In this document: positions 45,501 through 53,524 of the stretch, in pieces
Numbering within the stretch: the stretch's first letter is position 1
Layout: every line of letters starts with the position of its first letter
Origin: Escherichia phage NHEP1
DNA length: 64,000 bases
Strand: one strand, 5' to 3'
Sequence record: PQ511146.1
Position numbers and translations under genes: made by a program
Notes under the pieces: generated by a model
What the model was told of the DNA's origin: nothing
What the model saw: the letters and a program-made list of their open reading frames with translations, nothing else
The model's database searches: none

Positions 45501-46213
45501 GCAGGATCGTACATAAAGTTCTGCATGTCAGATTTGCCGTAGAATACACCTTTTGATTCCGCTACCAACTCCTTCCAGAGCAACTCCTGGATGATAACGT
45601 CCTCGAACACACGATCCACATACTTCCACAGTGGAAGCTCACGCCAGTCATCGATTTGAACTTTCTGGTTACCAAGGGCATAGCCCCATGCCATAAGGCC
45701 ATGAGGCCCAACAGGCTGCATTTTCTTGGTAACTGGATTGAATACTGCGTCCGGACAACCTTTTGGCAAAGGGCGGTCAGGCCACAAGATTCGGCTCATC
45801 GCTAACGTATCAAACAGATTAACCGGGTGGTCGTTGATAGTCCCCATGCATTTAGGATCACGGAACATATCAAAATGAATACCGGATAATCTTTCCATCA
45901 GCATAAAGTCGTAACTGTAGCAGTTATGACAGTTCAAAGCCGTAGGTGACCAGTCTGAATTGCCTGTAAGCCAACCTTCCAACTCTGAAAAATCTGCTAT
46001 GCGAGCCTCAAAATCTGTATAAAGGGTCTTCTTTGCCAGAATGAAGTTCTTAGCTTTCTCCACATCCTCTTCAGAGTAGTGTGTGCGGTCATTTAGAGGA
46101 AGGAACAGCATAAAACGGTTCTTATTCAGCTCTTTAAACAAACCGCAGTGATAATAAAGATCTGGGTCTTCCAGCAGGCCAGAGGCCTCAAAATCGAACG
46201 ACCACATGCTCAT
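42467..46213 (-). CDS. DNA polymerase, family A (T7 gp5-like), intein-containing
   Basis: N-terminal exonuclease motif FDFEASGL and YHCG; motif A-like GIDGSNLEQ...FDNG; motif B-like NAK...YGVMYGA; motif C-like YYHDEYQ; AAGGAG RBS. Confidence 0.85.
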   Translation of the reverse strand: MSMWSFDFEASGLLEDPDLYYHCGLFKELNKNRFMLFLPLNDRTHYSEEDVEKAKNFILAKKTLYTDFEARIADFSELEGWLTGNSDWSPTALNCHNCYSYDFMLMERLSGIHFDMFRDPKCMGTINDHPVNLFDTLAMSRILWPDRPLPKGCPDAVFNPVTKKMQPVGPHGLMAWGYALGNQKVQIDDWRELPLWKYVDRVFEDVIIQELLWKELVAESKGVFYGKSDMQNFMYDPAKEKPKGFKKITWKNALRRGMLQHFLMELQARQGVYFDIDGAIALRDRCDAWMKEIADRVEPQLPLKELSMSQRPKFPEKPFNQDGTISNNGWKWLKDKLGYPVDMSALEFKAPPKRAFTSTGDVSKMGIKWCEEMGCKDPDKMADFLRGYIKGTSTPHPLPKELMDQAISDLQQKRMPDCKIPMKISNQDDIKRYLISAGWLPTMWRTKDVTKDSKKKALPDADVDARVYAYMDELLESEYCDLIINFWNKTDAKFQTTVHKFRSFPNSERIKKEVFGKIRRKARALITSPQLKDTFGHLCPNLEKLNGEMAKDIVLWLSLRNRRSVLDPIKEDKVDTGLLNHPRLKIDHKLPAKSSGLTNTSRQKHSICANMPKPSPKVVMGKEMRSLWGVPPGYFEIGIDGSNLEQLIGAWGAFEFDNGLYYDVVSNGDAHCYSGDTQILTEKGWVRFEDLDPGTQVFQYDHNTSSMNLVTPLNYVKRSYCGDMYHFHNSSVDFMVTDQHRMLTVDHRSNKLFEDLAKDLKAGKGSNSGRRFIHAAEFYGNTTLSPAQVNLLIAIHDDGHLHTNKDGSIVCRIQVGKGRKVATLLDTFSALSLSYVEQSGKTTKGGLLARRFQFHVPSWVFEFLDSNKDFTYNLMDLDKESKNLFIASLSNWDGWVSSEGGKVAYYSQAGCRKKSVEVVSALATQCGLRNNTVAIHKKGRSVQHRITIGSKQRAGLLTLSKESVEVSGSLVYCVTVPSGAIIVRRNGKVAVCGNCNNAKAYSSVAGKEISRNDGKPVTYGVMYGAQKDKVADMLDISPELGQRVIDALWDANPGLKGRKEDLEKFWEATGKKFIYSFDGHAIWTRSKHSLLNAYQQNGGASLCDLVGILMHHQMVKRGWYDEGVRRIIYYHDEYQLQVPDTPKYKTVYTFDTIEELETFKAQQEAKLHVFDGHKYKKARKDEDGNEVVDKDGNTVYDPILNDDGKLELIWSPVGEMVVHCFWQASKMMGVPFQITGEYLCGRNWGDCH
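43232..44200 (-). mobile_element. Intein (about 323 aa) with LAGLIDADG-like endonuclease motifs inside the polymerase gene
   Basis: Begins CYSGDTQIL right after GDAH; T..H block; LIAIHDDGHL and FIASLSNWDGW motifs; ends ...VAVCGN before +1 Cys; extein boundaries by alignment-by-eye. Confidence 0.75.
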
Positions 46214-46219
46214 ATACAG

Positions 46220-46260
46220 TTCTCCTTAAAGGGGAGGCGGTTGTACTACCCCTCCCACTC
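46220..46260 (-). terminator. Stem-loop between primase-helicase and polymerase (terminator or attenuator)
   Basis: Minus strand GGGAGGGGTAGTACAACCGCCTCCCC followed by TTTAAGGAG. Confidence 0.4.
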
Positions 46261-46271
46261 TTGGTTAAACA

Positions 46272-48350
46272 TTAAAAAGGTGTTTCGTCGTCTTCAAAAC
46301 CAGGAACGTGGTTAGAGGACGGATCATCATACTGAAGGTCTTCCTGTGTGTCAACAGGGTTAACAGCAGGGGTTATAACCTTATCAGCCACAACCTTGCC
46401 CACAGGTGTTTCTACAACTGCATGCTCCTGATCCTCAAACATAGCCTGAGGTCTCCAAACAACCTCCCCACCTTCCCCGTCTGTAAACATCTGCATTTCT
46501 TTGTCCCAGTACCAGTTGCTGGCATCATAGAACTTGCCTGTGTGGGGATCCATAACTAGAGTGTCCGCAATACCTAAGGTTTTTGCTGGGCGGTTTTTAA
46601 GACCTACCAGTCGGACACGTCCACGGGAACGATCCACCATCTCCTCTGCCTCTACCCCGACAACCACCCAGCTAAGTTGCTCCAATCCGGCACTACCGCG
46701 AAGGTTCTCTTTTCGTACAGGGTACCAGAAAGGTAACGGATTTCCATCCTTATCCTTCGGAGGTACAATCTCTGTGCGCTTCAGGTGAGCAATCACCAAG
46801 ATAAACACATTAAACTGCTTACAGAACGCGGCTAGTTGAGTCATAGCCATGTCAAGCTCTTTACGCTCATCCTTAACATTAAGCCCTGAAATCACCATAG
46901 ACAGGTGATCCAGCACAATGTAACGGCAGTGATACAGGCACACCATTTGTTTAAGCTTAGTGATCAGCTCATCTACAGGGATGGAGCCGAAATGCTTGAA
47001 CACTTTGATTTTTCCGGCCTTGGCCCAAGATTGATGAATCTCAGCGTGCTCCTGATCGGTCAGGAACTGACTGGGGTCTTCAACAAACTCTTTAACATCA
47101 AACCCCAGCTGGTTAGCGTACAGAGAGTTGATTGCTTCCTCAGGATCCTCTTCAAGGTGAATCAGGCACAGGCGATCATCCTCTTCATAATCATCAGCTT
47201 TAGGGCATGTTGGATCCATCAAGTATCTTGCAATGCAATGTTCCAGCTTCTTGGCTACAGTTGTTTTACCACCGCCAGACGGGCCTGTCAGCATCATCAA
47301 GGTGCCTTTGTGGAGTCCTTTCAGCATCTTCTGCAGTTTAGGGAACTCTGCACTGATATCTACGCCATTGGAAGTCTTCTTACGAAGAGATTCAATGGAG
47401 AAGTCTTCTAAATCAGATACAGCATCAGGCACATATTTGACTGGGTGACGGAACATGTTGACAATATCTTCCAGCTTTTTAGCCTTCAGCATGTCACGAA
47501 TATCTTTTACACCATCAGGGTCGTTTACCTCACCCGGGTATTCCACGTGGTAAACGTTATCAGCCATCAAAAATGCTGCGATATTATGTGTGGCTTCAAC
47601 ACCTTTAATAACGTGTTTTTGCTTCTCTACCTCGTTAGCTGCATCGTTGTCCATTGCAAGGACCACTGTTCCGTAGCTACGGATAAATTTCTCATTGTTC
47701 GCAAAAGTGTCTACGGCGTTTGCACACCCACAGTTAATTCCAACAAAAGGCAGGCATGGTTTTCCTGCCAGATCCCCGCCGTTGATAACTGCATCAATCC
47801 CATCCTGGACTTCTTTAGCCCACTGCTTCACCTTCGCTGGGGCTTTAGCATTGGTGAGAATTCCTTTTACTTGTATCTGATATGCAGCCTGCCACGCTGC
47901 AATAACATCTCCTTCTCCCTCACAAACGTTAATCTGCTTACGGTTGTTGGAGGATGCACACAGCTTTTGACCAAACATCTGGGAGTTGGCCTTTACTATG
48001 CCAACAACCGAGAAATGGCCCCTTTGCTCTTTAGGGATTGTCCAGTCACGCTTTTTAAAGCCAGATAGATTACCGTAGCGGTCATAATACGGAAAGTAGG
48101 TGGCAGTAACAGTTACACCATCCTCTTGGGATAGCGATGATCGTACACCAAAATATTGTGCAGCCATCAGTCCAATATTTTGTTGTGGAACAGGGACAAT
48201 TTTAGTGTTTTCTAAAACAGTCTCCACAGTTTCAACTTCTTTTTCATCACGATAGTCTCGTTTCACACTCCCCCCACTTTTATACTTAGTTGCTTTCGGG
48301 TTTGGCTCACCGAAACGGTTGTATGCAGATGCCATGAATTTACTGCCCAT
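46272..48350 (-). CDS. DNA primase-helicase (TOPRIM plus DnaB-family helicase, T7 gp4-like)
   Basis: TOPRIM-like VCEGEGD and LAMDNDAAN; Walker A GPSGGGKT; Walker B-like FILVIAHL; AAGGAG RBS. Confidence 0.8.
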   Translation of the reverse strand: MGSKFMASAYNRFGEPNPKATKYKSGGSVKRDYRDEKEVETVETVLENTKIVPVPQQNIGLMAAQYFGVRSSLSQEDGVTVTATYFPYYDRYGNLSGFKKRDWTIPKEQRGHFSVVGIVKANSQMFGQKLCASSNNRKQINVCEGEGDVIAAWQAAYQIQVKGILTNAKAPAKVKQWAKEVQDGIDAVINGGDLAGKPCLPFVGINCGCANAVDTFANNEKFIRSYGTVVLAMDNDAANEVEKQKHVIKGVEATHNIAAFLMADNVYHVEYPGEVNDPDGVKDIRDMLKAKKLEDIVNMFRHPVKYVPDAVSDLEDFSIESLRKKTSNGVDISAEFPKLQKMLKGLHKGTLMMLTGPSGGGKTTVAKKLEHCIARYLMDPTCPKADDYEEDDRLCLIHLEEDPEEAINSLYANQLGFDVKEFVEDPSQFLTDQEHAEIHQSWAKAGKIKVFKHFGSIPVDELITKLKQMVCLYHCRYIVLDHLSMVISGLNVKDERKELDMAMTQLAAFCKQFNVFILVIAHLKRTEIVPPKDKDGNPLPFWYPVRKENLRGSAGLEQLSWVVVGVEAEEMVDRSRGRVRLVGLKNRPAKTLGIADTLVMDPHTGKFYDASNWYWDKEMQMFTDGEGGEVVWRPQAMFEDQEHAVVETPVGKVVADKVITPAVNPVDTQEDLQYDDPSSNHVPGFEDDETPF

Positions 48351-49134
48351 TAATTCTTCTCCTTACTGCAGGCTCGTTTGCTAAGAATACAGCTCTTGCC
48401 CAGCCACGTGGTGTAAGGCTTCGAATCATCTTCGTCCTTGCACTCTTTCCACCTAGCTTAGCGTGTTGCATGGAATAACCACTAACCGCATCAACTATTT
48501 GCGGGACAGGTTTTGTGGCGGGGATTATAAATCCATTGCCTATCCAACCGCAAGTTATTTTTGGGTAGGCATCACGTGGAGCTATAAATTCAGGAAACCA
48601 TGGGTTTACATCATCCTCTGGTAAATACCCACCATAATCCGAAGGATGAAAACGGTAATCAGGTTTTCGCCACAGTGTTGACATAACTCCTACAGGGTTC
48701 TCTACATGCCACGGGCAATCGTAAATCTCTCCCAACTCTTCTGCAACCCGAGCATCTTTCACAGCATTAATTTGGATCAGAGGATCCTTAGCCAGCTTTT
48801 TCTTAAAGTGTGCAGCTCCGGATACTGCTAAATGCGTGCACGGAGGAAATGCAAGAATAAAGTCTGGAGCCGGATACATGCAAAAAGTTTCTTGAGGGAA
48901 CCATGGATCAATCCAATAATCCACATAGTGAATGTTAGGATGATCGGTTATCACCTCTACATAACTACCGTGGTCAGCACCTTCTGCATTAAAGCACAGG
49001 CACAGGTACCCAGCTTTTGCCCAGTCAATAACTGCACCACCGGACCCGTCAAATAGACTCCACACGACACCTTTGTGGTAGTGTTCTTTGTAGATAAATT
49101 TCAATTTGCTGTCTCCTAATGCAAAAAGCCCCAC
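48340..49134 (-). CDS. Putative C5-cytosine DNA methyltransferase-like protein (start codon uncertain)
   Basis: Motifs LFDGSGGA (I-like), FPPCTHLAVSGA (PC motif), HVENPVG (ENV-like) in canonical order; track start is GTG inside a terminator hairpin, TTG at 49104 with GGAGA RBS is an alternative. Confidence 0.4.
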   Translation of the reverse strand: MGLFALGDSKLKFIYKEHYHKGVVWSLFDGSGGAVIDWAKAGYLCLCFNAEGADHGSYVEVITDHPNIHYVDYWIDPWFPQETFCMYPAPDFILAFPPCTHLAVSGAAHFKKKLAKDPLIQINAVKDARVAEELGEIYDCPWHVENPVGVMSTLWRKPDYRFHPSDYGGYLPEDDVNPWFPEFIAPRDAYPKITCGWIGNGFIIPATKPVPQIVDAVSGYSMQHAKLGGKSARTKMIRSLTPRGWARAVFLANEPAVRRRINGQ

Positions 49135-49150
49135 CCTTTCGGGCAGGGCA
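49129..49150 (-). terminator. Terminator hairpin identical to the one at 38012-38033
   Basis: GCCCCACCCTTTCGGGCAGGGC on plus strand. Confidence 0.45.
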
Positions 49151-49155
49151 TAGTG

Positions 49156-49638
49156 TTAAACCCGGATACCTATTGTATACTCGGTGGATACCAATGTCAA
49201 ATCTAAATTTAAAATTTCTTGCATCTCATAGTATGCGTCCAGGGTGAGATACATTTCACCATCCTTTTCTACATACTTGTCAAGGTGTTTTAGGCACTTT
49301 GGATAGCTATCAAGGGCAGCCTTTAGGCACTCAAACTCCGTGCTGTTGATGAATCCTTCCATCTTGGCTACCCGTTCCGGAGTAACGATAGCACTGTAGT
49401 GAGATTTAGCTTCCTGAATGCAATGGGTCCAAGCATCAACTTTCTCTTCGAAAAGTCCGAAGAACTTCTTCTTGGTGAGCTTCAGATTCTTTAAGTGCTT
49501 AAGAACTCGGTTGCCGATTACAGACACATCACGAAACTTAAGGATCACTTTGTCAATATCCTCGCGGCCTATTTTCACAAAGCAGGCCTCACACATTTCA
49601 GGAGAGGCATAGCCTACTTTCCACATAAAATCTGACAT
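49156..49638 (-). CDS. Hypothetical protein
   Basis: Track ORF 160 aa. Confidence 0.5.
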   Translation of the reverse strand: MSDFMWKVGYASPEMCEACFVKIGREDIDKVILKFRDVSVIGNRVLKHLKNLKLTKKKFFGLFEEKVDAWTHCIQEAKSHYSAIVTPERVAKMEGFINSTEFECLKAALDSYPKCLKHLDKYVEKDGEMYLTLDAYYEMQEILNLDLTLVSTEYTIGIRV

Positions 49639-49650
49639 AGCACTCCCTCC

Positions 49651-50049
49651 TTATTCCTGAAAAGCAACGATATCGTATGAGCTTGCAGACGAGCCGGGGG
49701 AAGAGTGACTCCAGTCTAGATCATCAGAGAAGTCAGCATACTGTGCACCACTCCGCAGTTTATATTTTACCCACTTACCTGGTGCAGGGTTTTCACCACC
49801 CTCCCATACTTCCCAACCTTCTGGCAAGCCGTTATCTTGGGAGTAACCATCAACTTCACTAGTGATCTCTGGGTTTGGCACCAAGATCCATGCAGGCTCT
49901 TCCTTCTTAGCAAGTGTCCACACAATGTATGTGTCTGAGCAGGAGCATGTCAGTAAAGTATACCCACTGTTCAGAACTTCTGCAAGCTCTTTTTCAGCAT
50001 CTTCTAATTTGGTTAGGTGGTATTGGATAATCTTCACATCTGTAATCAT
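49651..50049 (-). CDS. Hypothetical protein
   Basis: Track ORF 132 aa. Confidence 0.5.
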   Translation of the reverse strand: MITDVKIIQYHLTKLEDAEKELAEVLNSGYTLLTCSCSDTYIVWTLAKKEEPAWILVPNPEITSEVDGYSQDNGLPEGWEVWEGGENPAPGKWVKYKLRSGAQYADFSDDLDWSHSSPGSSASSYDIVAFQE

Positions 50050-50351
50050 TAGAAGCCTCCTACTTCTTCAGCAAATGCTGCCGCTGTCGTCGCTGCATCC
50101 AGATAGGACTCTAGTTCACGTGCTGCACGTTTGTAAATCGAGTGGCGCAGATCGTTTGGTAACTGGTGAAAATCCACCTCTTCTCCGTTGTGGTAAACAT
50201 GCACATCAGTAATCTGTCTAAATCCATAATAATCAACATCAGAATCACGGCACTCCAGATCTGGCAACTGGACAACTGCCTGAGCCTCTACAGTGAGCAT
50301 ATCGTCAAGTTCGAAATCGATTTCAAAAGTGTATGGTTTATAACGCTTCAT
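50049..50351 (-). CDS. Hypothetical protein
   Basis: Track ORF 100 aa. Confidence 0.5.
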   Translation of the reverse strand: MKRYKPYTFEIDFELDDMLTVEAQAVVQLPDLECRDSDVDYYGFRQITDVHVYHNGEEVDFHQLPNDLRHSIYKRAARELESYLDAATTAAAFAEEVGGF

Positions 50352-50410
50352 TATTCGGTGTTCTCCTTATCTTGTGTGAAGAGTAGACCTCTCCTTCGAT
50401 ATTTTAAATA

Positions 50411-51754
50411 TTACTCTAAATCTTCTTCTGAGTCAAGCTTATCTTTCACAGCTAAATTAGGGGCAAGTTTGTAATAGCGAAAGCCCCCACCGCCTTGCCA
50501 GTTTACAGATTTAGAAATACCACTTTGATCTTCACCATCGATCACTTTTTGCAAGCGTGGAATAATATGGGTATGACAATGATCTCCTAGCTCAACCGAG
50601 ATCCAACGTCTTTTCATCTTGTGAGCTACAGCAGCAGTAGTTCCAGAACCACCAAATGAATCCAATACTAAATCTCCTTCTCGCGTACACATTTCTAAAA
50701 TCCGCTTCAAAAGCGCTTCAGGTTTTTTTCCATTTTTGAAACTAACGCCCCCTTCATTTGCTATTCCATTCCAACTAATGTCAGTCCAAACATCAGTTAT
50801 TAGTTCAGCAGGCTGCATCTCACCGTCAATTTCCAAAAGCCTGTTGGAATAAAAGACCATTTGCCTACCATTTGCGATATAAAAGCCTTCGACATCCTCA
50901 TTTGGATGTACATAAACCTTATCCCTATCTTTCTTTGACTTCTCGATAGTTTCTTTTCTCTTTATTTTGGCACCACCGCCAATTGCAACGGATTGAAATA
51001 CACGTTCTGCATTATCAATTGCAAATTGTGCTAATTCATCATCAAATGTATCAGGCAGTTTTTTCTTGGCTTCTTTTGTATCTTTATAGCCATTGGCCTT
51101 TGCAAACGCATCGGCAATACCGCACCACGTCCAACTTTTATAATGGTCATCTGGGTTTAATAGATATTTGTTATATCCCGTATCATACTCTTTAGGTATA
51201 TAGATTTTGTTAAGTGGTTTCTTGGTACGATCTTTTGCATATACAAGCAAAAAGTTTGCTGTGGAGAAAACTGTAGTTCCTGTTGCCTTAAAGCCTGAAG
51301 GGCAATTTGTAGTCATCGATATGGTATTTAACTGATTTGCACGACCAAAAATCTCGTCCATCAAGACTTTTAAATAAGCCATTTCGCAGTCATCTAAGTG
51401 AACGAATATCACTCCATCATCGCTTAGCAGATTACGAATTATTTCTAATCTGTCCCGCATTAAGCCCAGCCAAAGGGAGTGCTCCAGGCTATCATCGTAG
51501 TGCTCAAAATCCCTTCCGGTATTGAATGGCGGGTCTATGTAAACACACTTCACTTTGCCTGCATACTCTTGCTCTAGTGCCTTCAATGCCAGTAAGTTAT
51601 CTCCAAAAATCAGTTTATTATCAAAAATATCGTTTTCGGTCACCTTTTTACTGGCGTGATAAGACTTGCTCGAATCTTCTAACAAAATGTGAGGCTCTAG
51701 CTTTTTGCGCTCGTTCTTACCTATCCAGGTAAGTTCTAATTTGGTTTTACTCAT
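50411..51754 (-). CDS. DNA methyltransferase, beta-class N6-adenine/N4-cytosine type
   Basis: Catalytic DPPF motif (YIDPPFN) preceding SAM-binding FGGSGTT motif. Confidence 0.8.
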   Translation of the reverse strand: MSKTKLELTWIGKNERKKLEPHILLEDSSKSYHASKKVTENDIFDNKLIFGDNLLALKALEQEYAGKVKCVYIDPPFNTGRDFEHYDDSLEHSLWLGLMRDRLEIIRNLLSDDGVIFVHLDDCEMAYLKVLMDEIFGRANQLNTISMTTNCPSGFKATGTTVFSTANFLLVYAKDRTKKPLNKIYIPKEYDTGYNKYLLNPDDHYKSWTWCGIADAFAKANGYKDTKEAKKKLPDTFDDELAQFAIDNAERVFQSVAIGGGAKIKRKETIEKSKKDRDKVYVHPNEDVEGFYIANGRQMVFYSNRLLEIDGEMQPAELITDVWTDISWNGIANEGGVSFKNGKKPEALLKRILEMCTREGDLVLDSFGGSGTTAAVAHKMKRRWISVELGDHCHTHIIPRLQKVIDGEDQSGISKSVNWQGGGGFRYYKLAPNLAVKDKLDSEEDLE

Positions 51755-51815
51755 CGTTTGGTGCTCTCCTTAGTTTTTGTGGGGAGGAGTGCCTCCCCTT
51801 TATACTCACATCTTA

Positions 51816-52157
51816 CTACTCAAGGTCTTCAGAGTCAAGCTCAAAAAGAATCAAACTGTGCATGCCTGCAGAGAGATCAACACACCCTGCAACAATAAGG
51901 GTTTGATAGTAAGGTTCAGCACCCTCAATATCTTCGTTAAAATCCACAACAAGGTAGTCACCTTTGTTAAAGGTGTATTTGTCCGATGTAAACGCAAAAC
52001 CTGCCCAGTCCCCTACTGCAGGATCTTTATCAGTCACCTTTGTTAGCAGTAGATCTTTTTCACGAGATCTTTTAGTAAAATCGTGAATCACAACATCCTT
52101 CTCTTCAGGAGTCGGATTGCCACACACGTAGTTAACGATATTTCTCCACAAACTCAT
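51816..52157 (-). CDS. Hypothetical protein
   Basis: Track ORF 113 aa. Confidence 0.5.
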   Translation of the reverse strand: MSLWRNIVNYVCGNPTPEEKDVVIHDFTKRSREKDLLLTKVTDKDPAVGDWAGFAFTSDKYTFNKGDYLVVDFNEDIEGAEPYYQTLIVAGCVDLSAGMHSLILFELDSEDLE

Positions 52158-53524
52158 ACGTCCCCCTTTTCTGCTCTAGTTTCAAAATCTTTCCTGACTT
52201 TCTCGTCTAAGCCAGGGAAAGTTGTATTATAAAACTCTACGACTCTCGGGTCAACAATAATATCCACCTCTCTTAATGGACGCAACAAGTTTATTCCTTG
52301 TATCGTCTTAACCCGACTCAAGGCAACATACGTCATTCCGGGAGAGAAAGCTCCGTTCTTTCCGAGGTCTAGGTTGTAACAATCTAACGTAAGTCCTTGA
52401 CTTTTATGCGATGTTACTGCGTACCCAGATTTCAAAGGAAGTTGCTCATAAGACCCGATCACAACCCTCTCTATGAACTTCTCCATCTTCCTTTCGGCAA
52501 TATTGTACCTCTGGGAAGGTTTGTACTCGTTATTCTCCCACAATCTCGGCTCAATTTCAACCTGTGTCCCGTCTTCCAGCTCAACCACCACAGACTTGGT
52601 CTTGAATTTTACCACTGTGGCGCGTGTCCCGTTGACATAGTACGGAACTTTATGTGTCGGGTCAACATCGTTTGAGGTTATCATAACCTTCATCCCTATC
52701 TTCAGCCTCATTTCCTGCTCCACAGGCAGTGTGGAGGGGAACTTACCTTTCATTTTACCAATGTAGGTCTTCTCTGGGGCCTTGATGGCATCATAGAAAC
52801 GTCTGTTCACCTCCTCTGCTTGCTTATTGGTGGCACAGATGGTCAAGGCATCTGTTGGGACACCACCATGATAGCAACGAGTGTTAAGCTCTGCTACAAC
52901 CTCTTTTATGCGACGACCTTCACGAACACAGTTCAACATTGTGGCGAAGCGAACAGATTCCTGACGGAACTGGTCTACTAATGCTATATTGTGAAGATTA
53001 AGATCCTCCCAAGATTTTGTATAGCAACACAGGTCTGTGTGGTAGAAGTTGAAGTAGGCTTCTTTCTCCATAGAAGAGACAACTGGGGGTGCTTGGTAGA
53101 AATCTCCAAACAATAGCACCTGAATGCCTCCGAAAGGTTTGTCATTTTTCCGAAGAAAGCGGAGTTTTCTATCCATCTCTATGAACTTGTCAGCACGGAT
53201 CATAGAGATTTCATCGATAATTAGGATGGTAAATGCCTTGCTTTTCAGAGGCTTTGCTGTTTTTGCCCTTATTGCTGTCCAGTCTGACTCCATGCTCACA
53301 CCTGCGGCAAGATCGAAAGTTCGGTGCGCTGTTGCTCCATTAACGTTTAAAGCGGCTACCCCTGTCGGGGCAACCGTTATGCAAGAGTCTCCATACATGG
53401 ACTGGATCATGTTGATAAGATATGTCTTCCCGGTTCCACCGGGTCCACTTACGAAGACATTCTCACCACTCATGATTGCAACAAGGGCAGCATCTGTGCC
53501 TACATCGTACTGCCCTTTTTCCAT
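52154..53524 (-). CDS. SF1 DNA helicase, Dda/RecD-like
   Basis: Walker A GPGGTGKT; IIDEISM Walker B-like; HKSQGLT motif. Confidence 0.85.
   Translation of the reverse strand: MEKGQYDVGTDAALVAIMSGENVFVSGPGGTGKTYLINMIQSMYGDSCITVAPTGVAALNVNGATAHRTFDLAAGVSMESDWTAIRAKTAKPLKSKAFTILIIDEISMIRADKFIEMDRKLRFLRKNDKPFGGIQVLLFGDFYQAPPVVSSMEKEAYFNFYHTDLCCYTKSWEDLNLHNIALVDQFRQESVRFATMLNCVREGRRIKEVVAELNTRCYHGGVPTDALTICATNKQAEEVNRRFYDAIKAPEKTYIGKMKGKFPSTLPVEQEMRLKIGMKVMITSNDVDPTHKVPYYVNGTRATVVKFKTKSVVVELEDGTQVEIEPRLWENNEYKPSQRYNIAERKMEKFIERVVIGSYEQLPLKSGYAVTSHKSQGLTLDCYNLDLGKNGAFSPGMTYVALSRVKTIQGINLLRPLREVDIIVDPRVVEFYNTTFPGLDEKVRKDFETRAEKGDV

Noticed and set aside
42467-46213. T4-like family B polymerase, initially expected from the rIIA/rIIB and PeSL-like cassettes
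   Set aside because: The polymerase motifs match family A (T7 gp5-like), and the primase-helicase is a fused T7 gp4-like protein.
46905-48068. Plus-strand ORFs (46905..47411, 47445..48068) antisense to the primase-helicase
   Set aside because: Fully embedded in a well-supported minus-strand gene; typical spurious antisense reading frames.
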